This document shows, one piece after another, positions 26,827 to 34,819 of a stretch of 52,670 nucleotides of DNA. The translations under genes were made by a program, and so were the position numbers. The stretch lies in contig JAXDQU010000085.1 in NCBI GenBank assembly GCA_034667685.1, positions 1-52,670 of the forward strand, read 5' to 3'. The DNA comes from Thermoplasmata archaeon (GTDB taxonomy: Archaea > Thermoplasmatota > SW-10-69-26 > JACQPN01 > JAJPHT01). The stretch's first letter is position 1; every line of letters starts with the position of its first letter. The notes under the pieces were generated by a model. That model did no database searches. It was given only the letters and a program-made list of their open reading frames with translations, and had not been told where the DNA came from.

Positions 26827-28926
26827 TTACCTCAGGACCTTGGCCAGCTCTTCGGCGAAGACGCGCGCGGTGGCGACGCGCTCGTTGGGCCGCTCCGCGA
26901 GCGCGCGGGCCAGGAGCGCGGTGAGCGCGGGCGGCACGTCGCTGCGCAGGATCACCGGCGCGTGGGCGCCCGGCGGCGCGCCGTAGAGGCACTCGTGGAG
27001 CACGGCCGCGCACGCGTACACGTCGGCGCGGCGGTCGCCCTGCGAGAGGCCCGCGCGGACCTCCGGCGCCATGTAGAAGAGCGTCCCGGCGCGCGCGGTG
27101 GAGCCCACGTCGAGCACGGTGCGCGTGGAGAGCGTGGGCAGCGCGATGCCGAAGTCCGCGACCTTCGGGACGCCCTCGCCATTGAGCAGGATGTTGCTGG
27201 GCTTGATGTCACGGTGGACGATGCCCGCGCCGTGCACGGCCTCGACGCCGCGCAGCACGTCGACCACGAGCGGCACGGCCTCGCGCCAGGGGAGCGTGCC
27301 CTTCGCGCGCAGGTGGTCGGAGAGGCTGCCGCCCTCCAGGTACTCCATCACGATGATCGGAGAGCCCTTGCCTTCGACCACTTCCTCGACGGCGACGACG
27401 TTGGGGTGGCGCACCTTCGCCGCGAGCCTGGCCTCGCGCAGCACGGCCTCGCGCGTCTGCGGGTCCTGCTGCCACTGCTGGAGCGGCTCCTTGAGCACGA
27501 CCAGGCGGTCGCGCTGCCGGTCGCGCGCGAGCCACGTGCGCCCGCCGCCGCCTTCCCCGAGCAGACGCAGCCGCTCGAACGCCTCGTGCGCCTTGCGGTC
27601 GCGGGCGACCACGACGCTGCTCTTCGCGTAGTGGCGCAGCACGCGGTCCTCCGCCTCGCTGATGCCGAAGCGCTCGCGCAGCGCGGCGAGGAACTCCGCG
27701 TCCTCCTCCAGCGACTCGCGCGCGAAGGAGGCCTCCAGCGCGGCGCGGTACGCGTCGATGCGCTGGCCGTAGACGGCGTCGTCGTCCGTGCGCGCGGGCT
27801 CGCCGCTCGGGACGCCGAAGAGCCGGCGCGTGAGGCGGATGCTGGGAAGGATCGAGACGCCGAGGACCGTGAGGGCCGCGAGGACGGGGAGGGTGGGCGT
27901 CTCGGACACGAGCGTCCCCGCGCCGAAGACCGCCGCGCCCCCGGCCGTCGCGACCACGGCGCCGCCGGCGTTGGCCGCCCAGCGCGTCGCGCGTTGGCGG
28001 AAGTCGTAGTAACGCCACTGGGCGAGGCCGACCGCGATGACGCCCACCGCCGCCAGCCGCCAGAGGCCGACCGTGAAAAGGTCCTGGCTGACGGTCACGT
28101 TGATCGCGCCCTCGACCAGGCCGAGCGCGCCGGGGAGCAGCATCCAGCGGCTCACGCTCCGAAGCGTCTGCCCCTTCGCGGGGTCGGTGGTGTGCCGGCC
28201 GTCGCGCAGCGAGGTGAAGCCGGCCCAGCCCACCACGCCCAGGAGGGCGACGAACATCGTGCAGTAGAGCCACGTCGTGGGAGAGCCCGCGCCCTCGACG
28301 ATGGCGCCCCCGTAGAAGATCGCATACTTGCCCGTCAGCGGCGCGAGGAAGAGGCTCAGGCCGATGAGGAGGATCTTGTCGCGCGAGCGCGTGCGGGGCG
28401 TCGGCGAGGCGCGCAGGCTCACGACGAGCGCGACGAACGTCAGGCCGAACGCCGCGTAGATGGGCAGCACGATCAGGGGCGCGTAGAGCGGGCCGGGCGT
28501 GAAGACCAGGATGCCGTTGTCCGGCGAGACGTGGATGTCCGCAAGGTAGGCGGACGAGTCGAGCAGGACGAACAGCGCGTTGAGGAGCGCGATGCCCGCC
28601 GCGAGGTTACGCACCCCCGACCATCGGCCGTGGCGCTCGCCCTCCGCCTGGCTCGCGGCGAACGCGAGGAGCAGGTACGGAAGCGGGATCTGGAACGCGA
28701 GGAAGAGCCCGTAGAGCCAGCGCGCCGAGGCGGTGGACGTCGCGAAGCTGGTGCTGTTCCCGAAGGTGATCTGGAGACCCCAGACGAGGCCGAAGAGGCC
28801 GAAGGCGAGCGCGCCGCGTGGACGAGAACGCCCGCCGACCAGACAGAGCATGCCGACGACGGCGACCGCGATCCCGCTCGCCATCGCCCAAAGGCTTCCC
28901 GCCGTGAGGATTCCCGTGCCAGCCAC
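26827..28926 (-). CDS. Multi-TM Hanks-type Ser/Thr protein kinase
   Basis: About 9-10 hydrophobic segments, then LGEGGGG, VVLKE, HPNVV, HRDIKPSN, DFG, GTLFYMAPE, DVY; GGAGG RBS before GTG. Confidence 0.95.
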   Translation of the reverse strand: MAGTGILTAGSLWAMASGIAVAVVGMLCLVGGRSRPRGALAFGLFGLVWGLQITFGNSTSFATSTASARWLYGLFLAFQIPLPYLLLAFAASQAEGERHGRWSGVRNLAAGIALLNALFVLLDSSAYLADIHVSPDNGILVFTPGPLYAPLIVLPIYAAFGLTFVALVVSLRASPTPRTRSRDKILLIGLSLFLAPLTGKYAIFYGGAIVEGAGSPTTWLYCTMFVALLGVVGWAGFTSLRDGRHTTDPAKGQTLRSVSRWMLLPGALGLVEGAINVTVSQDLFTVGLWRLAAVGVIAVGLAQWRYYDFRQRATRWAANAGGAVVATAGGAAVFGAGTLVSETPTLPVLAALTVLGVSILPSIRLTRRLFGVPSGEPARTDDDAVYGQRIDAYRAALEASFARESLEEDAEFLAALRERFGISEAEDRVLRHYAKSSVVVARDRKAHEAFERLRLLGEGGGGRTWLARDRQRDRLVVLKEPLQQWQQDPQTREAVLREARLAAKVRHPNVVAVEEVVEGKGSPIIVMEYLEGGSLSDHLRAKGTLPWREAVPLVVDVLRGVEAVHGAGIVHRDIKPSNILLNGEGVPKVADFGIALPTLSTRTVLDVGSTARAGTLFYMAPEVRAGLSQGDRRADVYACAAVLHECLYGAPPGAHAPVILRSDVPPALTALLARALAERPNERVATARVFAEELAKVLR

Positions 28927-29017
28927 CGCGACGCCTCCCTCGCTACGTCCCCAGGGACTTGATGATCATGACAAAATGGGATGTTAAGCATTCCCGAACG
29001 GCAGCCCCGCCGTTGCG

Positions 29018-29227
29018 TCAGCTTCCCAGACAGGTGGGCGCGCAGCCGGGGCCGCCCCAACTGGCAGAAGGAGTCGAGTTCGTCGAGGTCGTGGATGGGC
29101 TCGCGCTCGTGGTGGTCGTCGTGCTCGACGACGTCGTTTCCGAAGGATCGGCCGACGCCGTCGGGAGTCCGGCCACGACCAAGCCGACGAGCACCACGAG
29201 GATGCCAATCTGTTTGGCTCGGTTCAT
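29018..29227 (-). CDS. Small secreted peptide (69 aa) ending WGGPGCAPTCLGS
   Basis: Signal peptide MNRAKQIGILVVLVGLVVAGLPTASA, Ser/Thr spacer, Cys-pair motif; own BRE/TATA-like element upstream. Confidence 0.8.
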   Translation of the reverse strand: MNRAKQIGILVVLVGLVVAGLPTASADPSETTSSSTTTTTSASPSTTSTNSTPSASWGGPGCAPTCLGS

Positions 29228-29263
29228 CGAACAGCCTCACGAATCGATCTGTTCGCCCTCGGC

Positions 29264-29277
29264 CTATACTTTTCGCG
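29264..29277 (-). promoter_or_regulatory. BRE/TATA-like promoter of the small peptide gene
   Basis: Minus strand CGCGAAAAGTATAG about 37 nt upstream of ATG 29227. Confidence 0.55.
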
Positions 29278-29293
29278 CGTGCAGCAGAAAGGC

Positions 29294-30133
29294 TTAGCAG
29301 GTGGGGGCGCAGCCCGGACCGCCAAGGACGCCGATGAGATAGCCCACGTCGCCGGCCGCGCCCGGCGCGCGCGAGGCGCTCACGGTGTACGTGCCCGTGC
29401 TGGGAAGGTTGAACGTGACGAGCTGGCCGGGCTGGATCGTGCCCAGGATGCTGCCATCGGGCGCGAACAGGGTGAGCTGGACGGGCGAGGCGGTGCTCGC
29501 GAGGCTCAGCGTCAGGGCGCTGCCCGCGGCGTCGGAGCCCAGCGAGTAGTAGTCCGCGAGATCGGGAAGTCCGTTGCCCAGGCTGCCCACGTGGCCACCG
29601 ATGCAGGCGAGACCCTGGGCCGGCGTGGCGTGCGCGAGGTCATTGCCCCCGTCGGCGCCGGTGCCGGCGTCGCCCGCGCCGGCGTCGGGGATGCCGGTCG
29701 CGCCCACGGAGAATCCGTAACGGTTCCAGGCGCCGGCCGCGGTGCTCTGCGCGCCGAGCTGGACGCCCTGCAGGTCGGGAACGGCCAGGCCGCCCGAGGC
29801 CGAGCCGCCGTCCACCGAGCGCATCGTCGCGCCGGACGTGCCGGCCGAGGAGAGGGCGTTGAGCGTGATCGCGCTCGCGTAGGCGCCCGCGTAGGCCGCG
29901 CTCACGCACTGGGGCGTGGCGACGCTCGCGGAGACGGCGTACCAGTCGACGTCGCCGGAGTAGAGAGAACCCGTGTACGCGCCGAAGCCCGGGAGCAACA
30001 GCGCGCTGCCCACCGTGTTCCCGGCATCGCGACCCGTGCTCGCATCGCCGCGGTCATTGTCCGCCACCGCGTCCGCCACGACGCAGAGCGACACCCCGAG
30101 GACCAGGATCGTCAAGATCGAGCGCTGGCTCAT
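29294..30133 (-). CDS. Secreted protein with two PPC-like repeats, ending GGPGCAPTC
   Basis: Signal peptide; DASTGRDAGN...DVDWY and DAGTGADGGN...DLADYY; GTYTVS; terminal VLGGPGCAPTC*. Confidence 0.85.
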   Translation of the reverse strand: MSQRSILTILVLGVSLCVVADAVADNDRGDASTGRDAGNTVGSALLLPGFGAYTGSLYSGDVDWYAVSASVATPQCVSAAYAGAYASAITLNALSSAGTSGATMRSVDGGSASGGLAVPDLQGVQLGAQSTAAGAWNRYGFSVGATGIPDAGAGDAGTGADGGNDLAHATPAQGLACIGGHVGSLGNGLPDLADYYSLGSDAAGSALTLSLASTASPVQLTLFAPDGSILGTIQPGQLVTFNLPSTGTYTVSASRAPGAAGDVGYLIGVLGGPGCAPTC

Positions 30134-30489
30134 GGCCTCCACCGGCTGCCGCATCCTCCTTGCCCGGTATCTGTAGTTTGCGCCTGGATCGTAGTCGCTT
30201 CAAGCGGCAGCCCCCGCCGACCCGACTAGGACGTCCGCCCAAAGGTTGAAATTCCAGAGGCAGGTCCCGCCCCGGCCATGCGAGTCCTGCCGCGCCTCCC
30301 CCGGCGCTCGGCCCTCCACATGGCCCACGAGCGCAAGACGCTCCGCGCGTGATCCCCATGGCCCGCCACGTCCTCCGCATGTGCCACGAGCAGCCCACCC
30401 GACGCGGGCTGCTGTCCCGCCTGCGGCGAAAGGCTCGCTGAAGCGCACGTTCCGCTCCTCGGCGATCCTGCTCGGGCCGAGAGGGCGGC

Positions 30490-30590
30490 GCAGGTCAGGT
30501 GACTAGACACCTTCTCGGGCGACGGCAGGTCAGGTGACCAGACACCTTGCGGCGCGCTGCGGCTCACCTGTCTAGTCACCTCACCTGACC
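30490..30590. repeat. REP/BIME-like cluster: two 24-bp direct repeats plus inverted partial copies
   Basis: GCAGGTCAGGTGACYAGACACCTT at 30490 and 30525; TGTCTAGTCACCT and TCACCTGACC at 30569-30590. Confidence 0.8.
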
Positions 30591-31361
30591 CGCGGCCAAG
30601 CCCCGGCGCCCCGAAGGCCAGAATGCCCCGCCACGAGGCCCCTCGCGGGATGAATGCCCCTGGGGGCGCTTTCGCTCTCTTCCCGTTGCGCCATCGGCTT
30701 AAGCCCCGACGCGCAGCCTTGGCCGGAGACTGGTATCGAATGCCCAGCCCGTGCCAGCACGGGCCAGGCCACGCGCGTGGAACGCGCGTCAGCCTGCGCC
30801 CCGCGCCGACGGCCCGCGGGCACCCCGTGACAGCGGGGTGCGCCGATGGCCGCTGAGATCCGCCCCGCCCCACGCAGCGGCCGCAAGCACAAGGCGCTCA
30901 AGATGACCGCCCTGGAAGCCCGCCATGGCCCCGCGCGCCCCATCGTGCGCCGCTGGCTCGCAAGCTTCCTGATCGAGATGGTCCTGCGCTGAACGGCACC
31001 GCCGCGCCGCCGCTTCGCCCCTTCGCCGCCCACGCGCGCTTGATATCGGCCCCGCGCCCAGCTCGGGCCGATGCACGCTCTCCTCCCGCTCCAAGCCGAC
31101 CGCCCGCGCCGCCCCGCGCCGCGCCGCGGACCCGAGGGGCCCTGGTGGCCGCGCCGCTGAGCCCGCGCCCGGCGCCGCCTCGGTGCACCCGGCCACGCCT
31201 TGCGCCACCAGGCGCCGGGTGGCCACGCGCGGCCCCACCTTGCCCAGCTTCGCTCTAGAGTGCTGCACCAGGAAGCGCTTCTTCTCGGCCGGCGCCTCGT
31301 GGATAGGGACGTCGCCGCGTGCGGGCCAATACCTATAAGCGAAGCGCCCTCTGCGCGCCTC

Positions 31362-32726
31362 ATGCCCGCGTCCGCGCCGATGACGCTCCCCGAGAAGATC
31401 CTTGCCCTGAAGGCGAAGAAGGCCCACGTCCGCCCGGGCGAGATCGTGGAGGTTCCCGTGGACGTGGCGATGGCGCATGAGGCGTGCGAGCAGCTCATCC
31501 GTCCGTTTGAGCAGATGGGCGCGACCGAGGTGTGGGACCGGAACAAGATCGTGATCCCGATCGATCATTGGGTCCCGGCGTCGTCCGAGTCTTCGGCGCG
31601 CATGCACAACAACATCCGGAAGTTCGTGCAGAAGCACGACCTGCCTCACTTCTACGACGTGGGCCGTCAGGGCATTTGCCACCAGATTCTCGTGGAGGAG
31701 GGCTTCGTGCTGCCGGGCGACCTCGTGACGGGCACCGACTCGCATACCAACATGGCGGGGGCGCTGGGCGCGTTCGCGTGCGGCATCGGTCCCACCGAGC
31801 AGGCCGCGGTGTTCGCGACGGGCGAGGTGTGGCTCAAGGTCCCCGAGACGATCCGCGTGGACGTCACAGGCAACCTCACGTTCCCCGTGAGCGGCAAGGA
31901 CATCATCCTCGATGCGCTCCGCCAGCTCACGACCGAGGGTGGCGCGTACAAGGCGATCGAGTTCGGCGGGAGCGCGATCGAGAACCTGGAGATGTACCAG
32001 CGGCTCACGCTCTCCAACATGACGACGGAGCTCGGCGCGAAGGCGGGCATCATCGCGCCCGACGCCGAGACGTTCCGCTACCTGGCGGCGCTTCCGGAGA
32101 TCAAGAACGGCCGCGCGGCGCACGTGCGCGACCATGCCGACCTGCGCCCGGACGCGGGCGCGCGCTACGAGCGCACCATCACGATCGACGGCGACCGGCT
32201 GGAGCCTCTCGTGGCGGCGCCGCAGAGCCCCGACAACGTCCACAAGGTCAAGGACACCGACTCGGGCCACGTGGACCAGGTGTTCATCGGCTCGTGCACG
32301 AACGCGCGCCTGGAGGACCTGCGCGTGGCGGCCTCGATCCTCAAGGGGCACAAGGTCCACAAGGGGACGCGCCTCGTGGTGTTCCCTGCGAGCACGCGCA
32401 TCTACCTGGCCGCGCTGCGCGAGGGCATCGTCGAGACGATCACGATGGCGGGCGGCTCGTTCAACACGTCGTCCTGCGGCGCGTGCTTCGGCGGGATGGG
32501 CGGCGTGCTCGACGCGGGCGAGGTCTGCGTCTCGACGAGCAACCGCAACTTCCCGGGCCGCATGGGCCACATCAAGAGCAAGAGCTACCTCGTGAGCCCG
32601 GCCACCGCGGCGGCCACGGCGATCCAGGGCAAGCTCACCGACCCGCGCACGCTCGTCTCCGAGACCGACGCTCGCAAGCTCGCGGCCGAGGCGCGCAAGC
32701 CCTTCGTGCTGCCTGCCCTTCCGTAG
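31362..32726 (+). CDS. leuC: 3-isopropylmalate dehydratase / homoaconitase large subunit
   Basis: MTLPEKIL, DH, GICHQ, GTDSHT, IGSCTNAR, CGACFG, STSNRNFPGRMG; CCTATAAG about 23 nt upstream. Substrate not resolvable. Confidence 0.88.
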   Translation: MPASAPMTLPEKILALKAKKAHVRPGEIVEVPVDVAMAHEACEQLIRPFEQMGATEVWDRNKIVIPIDHWVPASSESSARMHNNIRKFVQKHDLPHFYDVGRQGICHQILVEEGFVLPGDLVTGTDSHTNMAGALGAFACGIGPTEQAAVFATGEVWLKVPETIRVDVTGNLTFPVSGKDIILDALRQLTTEGGAYKAIEFGGSAIENLEMYQRLTLSNMTTELGAKAGIIAPDAETFRYLAALPEIKNGRAAHVRDHADLRPDAGARYERTITIDGDRLEPLVAAPQSPDNVHKVKDTDSGHVDQVFIGSCTNARLEDLRVAASILKGHKVHKGTRLVVFPASTRIYLAALREGIVETITMAGGSFNTSSCGACFGGMGGVLDAGEVCVSTSNRNFPGRMGHIKSKSYLVSPATAAATAIQGKLTDPRTLVSETDARKLAAEARKPFVLPALP

Positions 32727-32763
32727 CGACATCGCCAAACCTTCGCAGCGCCAAGCTGGGACC

Positions 32764-33015
32764 ATGCACCCGCCCGGGGTCTCCCCCTTTGCGCCCGATG
32801 AGCTGCTGGAGAAGCGCGTCTTCGACGTGAACGGCCGAGCGGTCGGCCGCGTGCGCGCCGTCGAGCCCGCGGAGGGGCTCGCGCACGCGATCAACGTCGG
32901 GCTCGCGGACGACAAGGACGTCTGGCTGAGCGCTGCGTCGATCGTCAGCGCGGAGGAGGACGTCGTGCTCAACGACGAAGCAGAGGTCCTCCTGAGGCGC
33001 GACGCATCGCGCTAA
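32764..33015 (+). CDS. PRC-barrel domain protein
   Basis: ELLEKRVFDVNGRAVGRV...SIVSAEEDVVL. Confidence 0.75.
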   Translation: MHPPGVSPFAPDELLEKRVFDVNGRAVGRVRAVEPAEGLAHAINVGLADDKDVWLSAASIVSAEEDVVLNDEAEVLLRRDASR

Positions 33016-33060
33016 GCCGTCGCAAGAAGCGCTAAAGCCCCGCTCCGGGCTCGCGGCTGC

Positions 33061-34425
33061 GTGCGCGTCCTCGCCGTCGCCCTGCTGATCCTCGTTGCCG
33101 GCTGCGCGGCGCCCGCCGCGACCGTGCCCACGCCCGCGCCCACCGTGACGAAGGCGTCGGACCCGTTCCATCCGGCGAACGGCAGCGCGGTGGCGGACCT
33201 CGCGGCGCCCAGGCCCGCGCCCGACGTGCTGGTGGCGACGCCCGGCTTCGCGGAGCCCAACGTCGCCGCGGCGTACGATGGCAGGACGCTCTACGTGGGC
33301 AACCCGGGCGGCGTGTGGCGCAGCGACGACGCGGGCAAGACGTGGGCCGCGCCGAAGAACGCCAACCTCGAAGGGGGCGGCGATGGCGATATCGCGGTCG
33401 ACGCCAACGGCACCGTCTACTACCTCGGCCTGCTTGGCAAGGAGGGGCGCACGATCCCGTTCATGCGCAGCGCCGACCAGGGCGACACGTGGACCGACAT
33501 CAAGGACGTCGCCGCGGGGAGCGGCAGCGACCGCGAGTGGATCGACAGCACGCCCGATGGCCACCTCGCGGCGACGTGGCGCGGCAAGACCGGCATCGAG
33601 TTCAACGCCTCGCAGGACGGCGGCGTGACGTGGCTTCCGAGCGTCGTGACCGTGGGTCCGGATGGCGACGGCGGCCCCGTCGTGCACGATCCGGTCACCG
33701 GCGCGCTCGCCATCAGCGTCATCGACCAGGCCGCGGCGGCCGGCACGGACGCGCCCGTCGTGCACGTCTACGTCTCGCGGGACGGCGGGCGGACGTGGAC
33801 GGGCCACGACACGGCGAAGCTGGGCCGCACGAGCCCGGTCGAGCCCAACGGCTACGCCTCCGACTTCCCCGTGCTATCATTCGACGGCGCGGGCACGCTC
33901 TACCTGGTCTATTCGGGGGACGCGAGCGCGCTGCCCGGGGGCGCCACGCCGCCCGAGGAGGCCGGGCGCTACGGCGTCTTCCTCCAGGCCAGCAAGGACC
34001 TGGGCGCGACGTGGAGCGCGCCCAAGCTCGTCTCCGACCCGACGAAGGACGCGCGCTTCCCGTGGATCGCCGCGGGCGCGCCGGGCCGCCTCGCCGTCGT
34101 GTGGTACGAGAACGTCCGCGGCACGCCCGGCGAGGCCGTGCCCGACGAGTGGAACGTCAGGATGTGGGAGTCGATCGACGGGGGCGCGAAGTCCATCGTC
34201 GCGACGCTCACCGCCTCGCCCAACCACACGGGCTCGCTCTGCACGAGCGGCACGGGCTGCCTCGCGGCGGACCGCAGCCTGCTGGATTTCTTCGAGGTCG
34301 CCGTCGGCCTCGACGGGCAGCCGGTCGTCGCCTTCGCGCAGAGCACGCTCGGGACGGGCCTCGGCGTCGCGGTCAAGCCCACCGAGATCCACTTCGTCAC
34401 CGTGGCTGGGACCAGCCTCCTCTGA
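33061..34425 (+). CDS. Lipoprotein, BNR/Asp-box (sialidase-like) beta-propeller
   Basis: Lipobox VAGC; SDDAGKTW, SADQGDTW, SQDGGVTW, SRDGGRTW, SKDLGATW; paralog of 19087-20307. Confidence 0.9.
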   Translation: MRVLAVALLILVAGCAAPAATVPTPAPTVTKASDPFHPANGSAVADLAAPRPAPDVLVATPGFAEPNVAAAYDGRTLYVGNPGGVWRSDDAGKTWAAPKNANLEGGGDGDIAVDANGTVYYLGLLGKEGRTIPFMRSADQGDTWTDIKDVAAGSGSDREWIDSTPDGHLAATWRGKTGIEFNASQDGGVTWLPSVVTVGPDGDGGPVVHDPVTGALAISVIDQAAAAGTDAPVVHVYVSRDGGRTWTGHDTAKLGRTSPVEPNGYASDFPVLSFDGAGTLYLVYSGDASALPGGATPPEEAGRYGVFLQASKDLGATWSAPKLVSDPTKDARFPWIAAGAPGRLAVVWYENVRGTPGEAVPDEWNVRMWESIDGGAKSIVATLTASPNHTGSLCTSGTGCLAADRSLLDFFEVAVGLDGQPVVAFAQSTLGTGLGVAVKPTEIHFVTVAGTSLL

Positions 34426-34468
34426 GGCGGCCACCAGGCATTCCCACGCGGCGGGCCGAGCCGCGCGC

Positions 34469-34624
34469 ATGCGAGACGACGACCTCGTGGACCGGCCCGT
34501 CTTCGACGTGAACGGCCTGGAGCTGGGCCGCGTGCGCGAGGCGGGCGAGGAATTGACCGGCATGCGCCGCCAGGACGAGACGGACAAGGTGGGCGCGAAG
34601 GAGCTGCCGCGGAAAGCGCGCTGA
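34469..34624 (+). pseudogene. Truncated PRC-barrel-like ORF (51 aa)
   Basis: MRDDDLVDRPVFDVNGLELGRVRE matches the start of 32764-33015; rest of barrel absent. Confidence 0.5.
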
Positions 34625-34819
34625 TCAGGCCCCGCGCGGCGCGCGCCACGCATACGCGAGCAGCCCGAGCCCCACGATCGACATGGGCACGTCCATCCAC
34701 AGCAGCATGCCGCGCAGGCTCAGCATGACATCGAGAAGGAGCATGAACGCGGCGAAGCCCAGGACGAGCCCGCCGACGTTCCGGAGAAAGCCGCGTGTCT
34801 CGTCGGTGAGCGCCCTCAC
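34625..34819 (-). CDS. Small two-TM protein, possible oxidase accessory subunit (64 aa)
   Basis: GTG overlaps the subunit I stop (GTGA); two hydrophobic helices. Confidence 0.65.
   Translation of the reverse strand: MRALTDETRGFLRNVGGLVLGFAAFMLLLDVMLSLRGMLLWMDVPMSIVGLGLLAYAWRAPRGA

Noticed and set aside
24367-28962. Very long plus-strand ORF (1531 aa) and similar shadow ORFs such as 128-2149, 43581-46811 and the 5' part of 44498-49021
   Set aside because: Antisense or alternate-frame products of high GC overlapping genes with clear motifs; Arg/Ala/Gly-rich with no recognisable domains.
30320-30502. CPACG zinc-ribbon fragment
   Set aside because: Separated from the nearest ATG by an in-frame stop and lacks a convincing second Cys pair.
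30490-30548. Possible mini CRISPR array
   Set aside because: Only two repeats with an 11-bp spacer, inverted copies adjacent, and no cas genes.
30903-30992. 29-aa ORF MTALEARHGPARPIVRRWLASFLIEMVLR
   Set aside because: Too short, no motif or clear promoter; cannot be supported.
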